From an uncultured Gemmatimonadales bacterium (GTDB lineage: Bacteria; Gemmatimonadota; Gemmatimonadetes; Longimicrobiales; Gaopeijiaceae): a DNA stretch of 64,000 nt. Every line of letters starts with the position of its first letter. Position 1 is the stretch's first letter. The notes under the pieces were generated by a model. It was not told the DNA's origin. It did no database searches and saw only the letters and a program-made list of their open reading frames with translations. This document shows positions 37,424 through 46,280 of this stretch, piece after piece. The stretch lies in contig CAWELD010000010.1 in assembly GCA_963809895.1 (NCBI GenBank), positions 32,001 to 96,000 of the forward strand, given 5' to 3'. The translations under genes were made by a program, and so were the position numbers.

Positions 37424-38545
37424 GTGAGACCTTTCTCCATCCATGTCTCTCGCGCATCTCCTGGCACGGTTCCTCTCGTGATCGCGTCTCCCGTGGACTG
37501 GGACGGGCTGGCGGTCCTCCAGAGCCACCACGCCCCCACCGGCTCCCGGGTCTTCCTGGCCCTTCACGACGACACCCTGGGTCCCTTCACCGGGGGCACC
37601 CGGCTGCGCTGCTATCGGGATCCCGTCGACGGGCTTCGCGACGCTACCGCACTGGCCCGCGCCATGACCTTCAAGTGGGCCCTTCTGGACGCCGAAGCCG
37701 GTGGAGCCAAGGCCGTGCTCGCCACCACACGGCGCTTGCGGGCCGATGAGCGCCAGGCGCTGCTGGACCACTTCGGGACCACCCTCCGACGCGTAGGCGT
37801 GCAGTTCCACACGGGGGTCGATTTCGGCACCCGTCCCGCCGACATTGCGCGTGTGATCACCGCGGCGGGCGGCGATCCCACCTTCGCCCGCGACACGAAC
37901 TTCGGCCTCCTGACGGCACTGGGGGTGCGCTCGGCCATGCGGGCCGCGGCGCGGTCCCGGCTCGGAGCCGACAGCCTCGCCGGCCTGCGGATCGTGGTGC
38001 AGGGCGCGGGCCAGGTCGGCGCTGCGCTGGTTCCACTCCTGGTCGGCGACGGTGCCGAGGTCCTGGTTGCCGAGACGCGCACCGAGCGGCTCCGGCCCCT
38101 GATCGAAGCGTTGGGTGAGGCCGTGGGGGCGGTGCCTCCATCCGAGGCGCTGGCCGTTCCGTGCGACATCGTCGCGCCCTGTGCCCTGGGGGGAGTCCTG
38201 TCGCCGGACGCGGTGGCTGCGATGCGCTGCGCCATCGTCGCGGGCGCAGCGAACAATCAACTCAGCCAGCCGTCCGTTGCCGAGCAGCTGCACCACCGAA
38301 ACATCCTCTACGTGCCCGACTTCCTGGCCGGCGGAGGTGCGGCGCTGGGCCACGTCCTCAGCGCCGGCGGACGGTCTCCCGTGGCGCTGGAAGGGGGCAT
38401 GGAGCGCATCGGGGCGTTGGTGACCGAGGTCCTTGCCGATGCGGAGTCTCGCCACGAATCCCCCGTGCGCAGTGCGGAACGCCGGGCGCGGGAGCGCATC
38501 GAGGCGGCGGCGGGGGACTCCCGTCCGGCTCGCCTGCTTCAGTAG
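37424..38545 (+). CDS. Leu/Phe/Val (Glu/Leu/Phe/Val family) dehydrogenase
   Basis: GGTR, LARAMTFK, GGAKAV, QGAGQVG, PCALG, GAANNQL, YVPDF. Confidence 0.88.
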   Translation: MRPFSIHVSRASPGTVPLVIASPVDWDGLAVLQSHHAPTGSRVFLALHDDTLGPFTGGTRLRCYRDPVDGLRDATALARAMTFKWALLDAEAGGAKAVLATTRRLRADERQALLDHFGTTLRRVGVQFHTGVDFGTRPADIARVITAAGGDPTFARDTNFGLLTALGVRSAMRAAARSRLGADSLAGLRIVVQGAGQVGAALVPLLVGDGAEVLVAETRTERLRPLIEALGEAVGAVPPSEALAVPCDIVAPCALGGVLSPDAVAAMRCAIVAGAANNQLSQPSVAEQLHHRNILYVPDFLAGGGAALGHVLSAGGRSPVALEGGMERIGALVTEVLADAESRHESPVRSAERRARERIEAAAGDSRPARLLQ

Positions 38546-38702
38546 ACGACGGCAGAGTGGTATGCTTGTGCGGGGGAAATCTGGAGCTACCGACAAGACC
38601 GCTCGTGCGCTTCCTTGAAGCCGCGCACAGGTCGGCGCAGGGGGGTAGGCGCCGGGGGGCTGGCGCAGGCAACGGTGATCGCACCGCGGGAGGATTCCAC
38701 AC

Positions 38703-40250
38703 ATGGCGAGGCGCGCCGCGGGCCTGATCCCGTTCATCCATCTGGATCCCGGGCGTCGCATGCCTCTCTACCGGCAGCTCGACGAGGGACTCAGGTCCGC
38801 CATCCTGTCCGGACGCCTCGAGCCCGGCGCCCGTCTGCCGTCGTCCCGCTCTCTGGCCGACGACCTCGACATCTCCCGCTCCACGGTGCTGGGCGCGTAC
38901 GATCAGCTACTGGCCGAGGGATACCTGGAGGCTCGGGAAGGCTCGGGGACCTTCGTCGCCGCCAGCATTCCCGAGCACGTGGGGCGCTTCGGGTCGCGCC
39001 GCGCCGCACGCCGTGACCCCCAGGAGCGCATCGCACCCGCCGTCTCGGAACTGTCCCGCCGCGGCCTGACGCTGTCCCGGGCCGGCGGCGACTTCGACAC
39101 GCACCTGAACCCGGCGCGGCCCTTCCAGCCGGGGCTGCCGTCGTCGGCGGACTTTCCCCGGCGGGCATGGACCCGGATCGCCCGCGGCATCGAGCCCGCC
39201 AGCGCTGGACTGGAGCACGACGTGCGGGGCGACGCGGAGCTCCGGGCGGCCATCGCCGAGTACCTCAAGACCACCCGAGGCACGGCGTGCACACCGGAGC
39301 AGGTCCTCATCACCACCGGCGCCCAGCAGGCGTTGGCTCTGGCGGTACAGGCCTTTCTCGATCCCGGAGACGAGGTGTGGCTCGAGGATCCGGGCTACCT
39401 GAGTGCGCGCCATGCCTTTCAGGGCGCGGGTGTGCGCGTGGTGCCGGTCCCGGTGGACCAGGATGGACTGGACGTGGCCGCGGGGCTCGCCCGGGCTCCC
39501 CAGGCCCGCCTCGCCTACGTGTCGCCCTCGCATCAGTTCCCCCTGGGGGTCTCCATGTCGCTGCCGCGGCGGTTGGCCCTCCTGGAGTGGGCCTACGAGA
39601 ACGACGCCTGGATCATCGAAGACGACTACGACAGCGAGTACCGCTTCCAGGGCCGGCCCCTGCAGGCGCTCCAGGGTCTGGACCGGCGGGGGCGGGTGAT
39701 CTACCTCGGCACCTTCTCCAACGCGTGCTTTCCCGTCGCCCGAGTCGGATACCTCGTGGCCGCGGAGCCCCTGGCCGAGGCGCTCATGACCACGCGCATC
39801 GTGCTGGAGGGCAGGATTCTGTTCGAGGGCCAGCCTCCACTCCTGGTGCAGCGCACCCTGGCCCGCTTCATCCGGGACGGTCACCTCGCGCGCTACCTGC
39901 GCGTGCAGCGTGCCCGCACCGAGGAGAGCCGTGAAGCACTGGCCCAGGCGCTCCAGGACGAGCTTCCGGACCTGCTGCGCATCGAGCCGGCGGACGCCGG
40001 CGTGCACCTGGTCGCATGGCTCCCGCCCGAGCTCGACGATCACCAGGTCGTGGCGTGGGCCCGTGCGGCGGGCGTGCAGGTGTTCCCGCTGTCGGGCTTC
40101 TTCCTCGAACGAGAGGCCCGATCGGGGCTCATCTTCGGCTTCGCCTCGTTCACCCCCGACGAGATCCGGCCGGCGGTGGCCGCCCTGGCCGAGGCGATCC
40201 GTGACGCGCTCGCCAGGGCGGCATCTCTGCCGTCATCGACCGACCCGTAG
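38703..40250 (+). CDS. MocR/GabR family regulator (GntR HTH plus aminotransferase-like domain)
   Basis: PLYRQL...RLPSSR...AYDQL.AEGYL, EDPGY, SPSHQFPLG, IIEDDYDSEY. Confidence 0.93.
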   Translation: MARRAAGLIPFIHLDPGRRMPLYRQLDEGLRSAILSGRLEPGARLPSSRSLADDLDISRSTVLGAYDQLLAEGYLEAREGSGTFVAASIPEHVGRFGSRRAARRDPQERIAPAVSELSRRGLTLSRAGGDFDTHLNPARPFQPGLPSSADFPRRAWTRIARGIEPASAGLEHDVRGDAELRAAIAEYLKTTRGTACTPEQVLITTGAQQALALAVQAFLDPGDEVWLEDPGYLSARHAFQGAGVRVVPVPVDQDGLDVAAGLARAPQARLAYVSPSHQFPLGVSMSLPRRLALLEWAYENDAWIIEDDYDSEYRFQGRPLQALQGLDRRGRVIYLGTFSNACFPVARVGYLVAAEPLAEALMTTRIVLEGRILFEGQPPLLVQRTLARFIRDGHLARYLRVQRARTEESREALAQALQDELPDLLRIEPADAGVHLVAWLPPELDDHQVVAWARAAGVQVFPLSGFFLEREARSGLIFGFASFTPDEIRPAVAALAEAIRDALARAASLPSSTDP

Positions 40251-40265
40251 GCCGGTCGGCCGACC

Positions 40266-41372
40266 TCAGCTCGCGATTCGACTCAGCGTGATCCGGGTGA
40301 GCGGCTCCCAGGACGTGCCGCCGTCGGGGGACTCCTCCCAGACCTGCTGAAACTGGTCGGGGGATACCTCGGACCAGGTCGTGCGCACGGGGCGGCCCTG
40401 TCGACTCGTGGGCGCCAGTTCGCCCTCCAACGCCAGCCCGCTGGAGCCCAGATCGCCGTCCATCTCGAAGACGGTGCCGGTGTTGTCGGCGTGCACCATG
40501 AAGAAGTGTCCGACGATGCGATCGAAGGTCAGATACCGGCGCGACGCGTAGCCGCGTTGGCCCTGGAAGTCCTCCACCAGCAGACAGGCACCGACTTGCG
40601 AGGTGAAGGTCGTCGTGCCCAGCACCGAGCCGTCGGAATCCGTGACCTCCCAGGTGCCCACGAGATCGTCCAGGGCTCGGATCGCCGTGAAGACGTTCAC
40701 GCACGTGCCCGGCGCCGGAGGTGGCGCAGACCCGTCCGCCACGGCCTGATACACGCCGTCGAAGATGTTGGAGTAGGTCTGACCTCCGTCGGTGCTGAGG
40801 AACCACTTCTGGCGCACGGTGCCGTCATCCTGGGGAATCCAGCCCACGACGCTCTTGTACGAGGTGCCCGAGACCACCGAGGTGCGCTCGGCGTCCCGCA
40901 TCACCATGGTGCCGTCCTCCAGTCCTCCGCGAAGTCGGAGCGTGAACCCCGTGGCATCCACGTAGGTCTGCGTCCAGCGGTTCAGGCGGCGGTCGTAGAC
41001 GTTGAGGCTGCGGCCCCAGCCCCCGGCGTAGTTCTCCATCACGACGCAGCCGTTCAGCTCCGAGGTGATACGGCTCGGTGTGCCCGGCAGGGTGCCACCC
41101 GGCGGAGTGATGTTCCAGTCCCCGACCCAGAACGAAAAGTCGTCGTAGACGTCGGCCTGGCAGGCGCTGCCGTTCACCACGCCGCGCGTGGCCAGGCCGT
41201 AGATGCCGGCGAGCCCCGGATCCACGGGACCCGCGGACATGCTCTCGGCTCGCTCGGGCTCGGGCGCCAGAGACAGGTCGCCGTCGGAGCAGCCGGTGAG
41301 CCAGCCGAGCATGGCCACGGTAGATGCCACCAGGGCGAGGCGGTACGAGCGGTCGGTAGCGGAAGAGTGCAT
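40266..41372 (-). CDS. Lipoprotein with two tandem DUF1579-like beta-barrel domains
   Basis: LTGC lipobox; C..DFSFWVGDW...GC..ENY...GRSLN.YD domain followed by a diverged second copy. Confidence 0.75.
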   Translation of the reverse strand: MHSSATDRSYRLALVASTVAMLGWLTGCSDGDLSLAPEPERAESMSAGPVDPGLAGIYGLATRGVVNGSACQADVYDDFSFWVGDWNITPPGGTLPGTPSRITSELNGCVVMENYAGGWGRSLNVYDRRLNRWTQTYVDATGFTLRLRGGLEDGTMVMRDAERTSVVSGTSYKSVVGWIPQDDGTVRQKWFLSTDGGQTYSNIFDGVYQAVADGSAPPPAPGTCVNVFTAIRALDDLVGTWEVTDSDGSVLGTTTFTSQVGACLLVEDFQGQRGYASRRYLTFDRIVGHFFMVHADNTGTVFEMDGDLGSSGLALEGELAPTSRQGRPVRTTWSEVSPDQFQQVWEESPDGGTSWEPLTRITLSRIAS

Positions 41373-41558
41373 GGGACCTCCGGGGGTGGAGTGGGTGAGG
41401 ACCCCCGGGGCCGGTGCCACCGACGTCGGCGGACGGTCGGGGAGGCCACTGGGGGGTGGACACAGGGGGGCGCGCGTCCCAGGCGCTCGCCTCGCATGAC
41501 CACTCCGACCATGCCAGCGTCGAGGGCCGCGCCCAAGGGCCGGAATTCGCGCCCCGGC

Positions 41559-41612
41559 CATACCAGAACCCGCCCCCGGAACTGGTATGCCGCGTCGCCT
41601 CGGAGTGGACCT
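41559..41612. promoter_or_regulatory. Putative MocR operator in the divergent promoter
   Basis: cataccag-N15-ctggtatg inverted repeat plus downstream tggacct. Confidence 0.6.
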
Positions 41613-41675
41613 GTACGCCGGTGCGCGTGCGGCCTAGTGTCCGGGATCCAGGCTTCCCTCCGACACGCGGTATCC

Positions 41676-42620
41676 ATGTCCTCTCCGGCTTCCCGGTTCG
41701 CAGCGCTGACCCTGGCGCTGACCGTCCTCGTCGCTAGCGCTCCCGTCGCCGCCCAGGAGACCGCGAATCTCGACTCCCTCCGCGCCGAGGCCGTGCAGCT
41801 TCTGCAGCAGCAGGAGTGGGGTGCGGCGGCGGCGCGCTTCCGCCGCGTGGTGCAGGCCGACTCCACGTCGGGCATCGACTGGTTCCGACTCGGCTATGCG
41901 CTCCACCAGGGCGGGAACGATGCCGATTTCCCCGAGGCCATCCGGGCCATGGAGAAGGCGGCCGTCATGGGGGCGCAGGTCCCGTCGGCCAACTTCCGCC
42001 GGGCCCGCATGCTGGCGGCCACGGGCCATGAAGGCCAGGCCGTGGCGGTGCTGGACACCATGGTCCAGGGCGGTTTCGCGCAGGCCGGCGTCATCGAGGC
42101 CCAGCCCGAGTTCGAGGCCCTCGCCGCGCGAGACGACTTCGAGGCGGTGCTTGCGGGCGCCAGGAAGAACGAGGCGCCCTGCATGCAATCCCCCGAGGCT
42201 CGCCAGTTCGACTTCTGGGTGGGGGACTGGGACGTGTACGCGCCCGCTGGCCCCCAGGTGGGCAGCAATCACGTGGAGCGCATCCTGCGCGGCTGCGCAC
42301 TCCTGGAGAACTGGTCCAACGTCGGGGGGCGCGAAGGAAAGAGCCTGAACCTCTACGATCCCACTGCGGGCACCTGGAAGCAGTTCTGGACCGACGACTC
42401 CGGCTGGATCGTCTACTACGAGGGTGGTCATTTCGCCGACGATGCCATGCACCTGAAGGGCATCACCTACGGCCCCGACGGGGACACGATCCAGATCCGC
42501 ATGGACATGATCCACGAAAGCCCGGACACGGTACGTCAGATCATCGAGACGTCGCCGAAGGGCGAGACGTGGACGCGCACTTTCGAGGGGATCTACGTGC
42601 GCAAGGGGAGCGGGTCGTGA
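41676..42620 (+). CDS. Secreted TPR plus DUF1579-like domain protein
   Basis: Signal ending VAAQ, TPR helices, PC..PEARQFDFWVGDWDV...GCALLENW...GKSLNLYD. Confidence 0.78.
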   Translation: MSSPASRFAALTLALTVLVASAPVAAQETANLDSLRAEAVQLLQQQEWGAAAARFRRVVQADSTSGIDWFRLGYALHQGGNDADFPEAIRAMEKAAVMGAQVPSANFRRARMLAATGHEGQAVAVLDTMVQGGFAQAGVIEAQPEFEALAARDDFEAVLAGARKNEAPCMQSPEARQFDFWVGDWDVYAPAGPQVGSNHVERILRGCALLENWSNVGGREGKSLNLYDPTAGTWKQFWTDDSGWIVYYEGGHFADDAMHLKGITYGPDGDTIQIRMDMIHESPDTVRQIIETSPKGETWTRTFEGIYVRKGSGS

Positions 42621-42626
42621 GAGGCA

Positions 42627-43565
42627 TTATCGCAGAATGAGGCGTCGCACCACGGTGGGATGCAACGTCATCCCGTCGTCCTCGACGAAGGCGCCATCGT
42701 CGCCCCGGCCCACGTCGTTGAAGTAGAGCACGGATCCGTCGGGGCTCAACGCGACATCGTTGGTCAGAGACAGCGTCGCCTGGAGCGCCGGTCCATCGTC
42801 GAGCCCTCGCTCTCCGGTTCCGGCCAGGGTGAGCGTGTCACCGTCCAGGGTGACCTGATAGATGCGGTTGGCGCTGCGCGCGACGACGTAGAGCACGCCG
42901 TTGCCGAACAGGATGTGGCCGTTGTTGTCACCGGGAAGGGTGACGAAGGGCTGGACGGTTCCGTCGGGGGTGATGCGCACCACGTCGCCGTTGCCGAAGT
43001 TGGCGACGTAGAAGTTGCGGTCGGACGCGCGGACGATGCCGTTGGGACATTGAAGCAGGCTGTCCGCGGCGAAGTCACTGACTACGCCCTCCGGAGAGAT
43101 GCGGCTCACCACGTTGGTATTGCAGTTCACCACGTAGGCCGTGTCGCCCTCGACGACCTCGATACCCACCGGAGCCTTCAGGCCTGACGCGTACGGCTCC
43201 ACGGTGCCGTCGGGCAGGATTCTGCGCACCTCACCGGTGCCGATGTTGGACTGCAGCAGGCGACCCTCGGAATCGAAGTCGTTTCCCGAGGCTCCGGCGA
43301 GTCCCTGAGCGAAGACGCTCGTCTCGCCCGACGGCGTGATGCGCCAGACCGCCGTGCCCGGCGGACCCTGCAGGGTCTCGCCGAAGTCGGCCGTGTAGAC
43401 GTTGCCTGCCGCGTCCACGTCCATCCCTCCCGAACCGGCGTCGATGGGACCCGCCAGTGTCTCCACCCGGGGGATGGGCAGGCCCGCGTGGGCCCCCTCG
43501 TCGGTGTCCCCACAACCTGCGGTAAGCGCGGCGGCCAGCAGCATGCAGAACGCAAGAGGCTTCAT
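42627..43565 (-). CDS. SMP-30/NHL-like beta-propeller lipoprotein
   Basis: TAGC lipobox, repeated propeller blades, AGTGERGLDDGPA. Confidence 0.75.
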   Translation of the reverse strand: MKPLAFCMLLAAALTAGCGDTDEGAHAGLPIPRVETLAGPIDAGSGGMDVDAAGNVYTADFGETLQGPPGTAVWRITPSGETSVFAQGLAGASGNDFDSEGRLLQSNIGTGEVRRILPDGTVEPYASGLKAPVGIEVVEGDTAYVVNCNTNVVSRISPEGVVSDFAADSLLQCPNGIVRASDRNFYVANFGNGDVVRITPDGTVQPFVTLPGDNNGHILFGNGVLYVVARSANRIYQVTLDGDTLTLAGTGERGLDDGPALQATLSLTNDVALSPDGSVLYFNDVGRGDDGAFVEDDGMTLHPTVVRRLILR

Positions 43566-43768
43566 CGGACGACGCTCCCTGGTGATCGCGGTGTCGTATT
43601 CCTGTCCCGGAACACGCTCATCTCGTCATCGCCGCGGCCCGACCCGTCAATTGCGTGTCCAGGTGGACCGCCCTTCCAACCCTCGACTCCAACCTCATGT
43701 CCAACACCTCGGACAGCAACCCTACAATGTGTGTATTGTGCCTGGCCAACCGCAACCGAGGTGTTCCG

Positions 43769-45079
43769 ATGAAGTGGAATCGATGGACCATGTTCGCCCT
43801 GTTCGTCGTCATGTTCCTGCCGGTCGGAGCGGCCTGCCAGGACGATGTGGACCCGCTGCAGGATTGGTTTGGTGCGTTTCGCACGGTGGACGGTGGTGTC
43901 CTGACCCTCCTGAAGCTCGGTCGGGGTCACGACGCCGGCATCCTCTTCACGGACTTCGCGCGCGGGTACCGTGGGATCGTGGACCGCTCCGGGGATCGGC
44001 GCCTGACCCTGCGTCTGGAATCACCCTCGCCGTTCGAGAAGGAGGTCGTGCTTTCACTCCGGCTCGACGGGAGCGATCCGACCCTGGACCTCTCGGTCGA
44101 CGGAGAACCCCGGTCGAGCGCTCGGAAGGTGCCACTGGACGTCACGGACGTACGGTTCGAACAGGCGGATCACGAGCTGGCTGGAACCGTGGTGAGCCCG
44201 ACGGGAGGGAGCGGTCGACCCGGCGTGGTCTTCATTCACGGGAGCGGCCCCGCGACGCGTCACGACTACTACGAATGGTCGTATTTCTTCGCGGCCCACG
44301 GGATCGCGAGCCTCATGTACGACAAGCAGGGGGCCGGTGAGTCGACGGGTGACTGGGAGAACGCCCTCTTCGCGGAGCTCGCGGCGGACGCGGCGGCGGC
44401 GGTCCGCTTTCTCAGGACGTTTCCGGGGGTCGATCCCGGCAAGGTGGGTCTTTCGGGGGGGAGCCAGGGAGGGTGGGTGGCCCCCATGGCCGCTCGGGTG
44501 CCCGAGGAACCGATCGCATTCCTCGAGGTCACGGGCGGAGGCCCGGTGACCCCGCGCGAGCAGGAGCGGTTCCGACGGCTGGCGCTCGTCCGGGCGCGCG
44601 ACCTTCCCGCCACCACCCTCGAAACGGCCGGCACGGTGCTCGACTGCTACCTGGACTTCGTCGGCTCGCTCGGCGTGGAGTGCGCGGGCGACCTGCGACG
44701 CTACGTGCTCGAGTACGGGGAGGAGGATTGGTACCTCGAGGACGTCGGAGGACCCCGCAGGGATCCTCTCGCCTACCCCTGGCCGACGGGCCGGAAGCGC
44801 TTCGCGCGCGAGCTCGACTTCGATCCCCGCCCTCTCTACGAGTCGCTCGCGATTCCGGTCCTCGTGGTCCTGGGCCGGGCGGAACAGACATTCCCCATCG
44901 ACCTGACCCTGGAGCGGGTCCAACGCCTGGTGCCCGGCGAACTCCTGTCGGTTGAGCTCATCGACGACGCCGACCACGGGCTGTTCGTCGACGCGTCGTC
45001 GGCGTCCCCGCGACACCAATCCGCGGTGGCCATGAGCCGCCTCGCCGACTGGATTCTCACGGTCACCGGGAGTCGGTAG
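43769..45079 (+). CDS. Secreted alpha/beta hydrolase (S9/S15-like peptidase)
   Basis: IHGSGP, YDKQGAGESTG, GGSQGGW nucleophile elbow, ADH. Confidence 0.85.
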   Translation: MKWNRWTMFALFVVMFLPVGAACQDDVDPLQDWFGAFRTVDGGVLTLLKLGRGHDAGILFTDFARGYRGIVDRSGDRRLTLRLESPSPFEKEVVLSLRLDGSDPTLDLSVDGEPRSSARKVPLDVTDVRFEQADHELAGTVVSPTGGSGRPGVVFIHGSGPATRHDYYEWSYFFAAHGIASLMYDKQGAGESTGDWENALFAELAADAAAAVRFLRTFPGVDPGKVGLSGGSQGGWVAPMAARVPEEPIAFLEVTGGGPVTPREQERFRRLALVRARDLPATTLETAGTVLDCYLDFVGSLGVECAGDLRRYVLEYGEEDWYLEDVGGPRRDPLAYPWPTGRKRFARELDFDPRPLYESLAIPVLVVLGRAEQTFPIDLTLERVQRLVPGELLSVELIDDADHGLFVDASSASPRHQSAVAMSRLADWILTVTGSR

Positions 45080-45134
45080 GGGTGGAGGGGACGACCGGCG
45101 CACCGGCGCACGCTGCGCCCCGGGCTGGATCACC

Positions 45135-46187
45135 TCACTCGGGAATCCACGCCAGGTCGAAGCCGGGTCCTGCCAGGCCGAGCGCGTGCGGGGTGCCGCC
45201 GTCCAACGCCCTGACCCAGAGGTCCCCGTCCTTGGCGACCACCATGTAACTTCCGTCCGGTGACAGCGCCACGTCCCCCGCACCCGTGAGCAACAACTCG
45301 GTCTCGGAGCCGTCGGAGCGCATGCGATAGAGGCCGTCGAACGCCGCCCCTGACCCCGGGTGCGTACGGAAGAAGATCGTGTCGTCGCCGAGCCACTGAG
45401 GCTCGTACAGGCCCGACAGCCCGTCGATGGAAGGAATGATCTCCTGGAGATTGCTTCCGTCGGCGTCCACGAGGTAGAGCCTCCCTGGTGCGGTAGGGGT
45501 GTCCCGGCCCGAGAAGAGGAGCGCGGCGCCGTCGGCGGTCCAGGCCGGCCTGCCTGCCAGGATGAGGTCGTCCACTAGCGTCGGGTTCCCTCCGTCGGCG
45601 TCCATGATCACGAGCTTCGCGTCCTCGTTGCTGAAGGCGATGCGGTCTCCCCGTGGCGACCAGGAGGGGAAGCGTTCAGCGGCGTCGTCTGCGGGGGTGA
45701 GCGGCGTGACCACGCCTTCCTGCGAGAGTGCGGCGATGTAGGGAACGCCCGGCGAGAAGTCGGCGAAGGCCAGGCGGTCGCCGGTGGGGCTCCAGCTGAC
45801 TTCCTCACCCTTGAAGGCATCCAGGGCGGCCGTCAGGTCGGCCTGATCCGCCCCGTCCGGATCCATGGTGACGATGTGGGTACGGAAGGGCTCATCGTCG
45901 ATGCCAACCGCCGCGAGGCGCCCGTGGTCGGGACGGAATTCGAGCTCGGTCACGAGCCGGTAGTCCTCGCCGAAAAGGCGCTCCTCACCTGTCCCGTCCG
46001 GATGTATCCGATACAGGTCGACGCGGGGCGTACCATCGACGACGCGTTCGGAGAGATAGTAGATCCAGCCGCCGGGAGGCCCTTCGGGCTCCGGCTCGGT
46101 GGGGGAGTCCCCGCCGCAGGCCAGGGTCAGGGCCGACAGCAGGGCTGCCGTGATCGCCGTCCGAAGTCGCTCGCCGCGCAGCTCCAT
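45135..46187 (-). CDS. TolB/PD40 repeat lipoprotein
   Basis: TLAC lipobox, WSPTGDRLAF and PSWSPRGDRIAF repeats. Confidence 0.82.
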   Translation of the reverse strand: MELRGERLRTAITAALLSALTLACGGDSPTEPEPEGPPGGWIYYLSERVVDGTPRVDLYRIHPDGTGEERLFGEDYRLVTELEFRPDHGRLAAVGIDDEPFRTHIVTMDPDGADQADLTAALDAFKGEEVSWSPTGDRLAFADFSPGVPYIAALSQEGVVTPLTPADDAAERFPSWSPRGDRIAFSNEDAKLVIMDADGGNPTLVDDLILAGRPAWTADGAALLFSGRDTPTAPGRLYLVDADGSNLQEIIPSIDGLSGLYEPQWLGDDTIFFRTHPGSGAAFDGLYRMRSDGSETELLLTGAGDVALSPDGSYMVVAKDGDLWVRALDGGTPHALGLAGPGFDLAWIPE

Positions 46188-46280
46188 CCCGCATCCTCCT
46201 CCCGTCGCGATCCGTGGTCACGCCTCGTCGAGCGTGCGTTCAAGAACTGAGACGACTGGAGGTGGGGATTTCTGCCCGCC

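Noticed and set aside
40491..41675. Long N-terminal extensions in the ORF track (also 46281-49553, 15439-17277, 18445, 22767, 50292)
   Set aside because: They overlap other real genes or repeat elements; downstream starts match signal peptides, RBSs or family N-termini.
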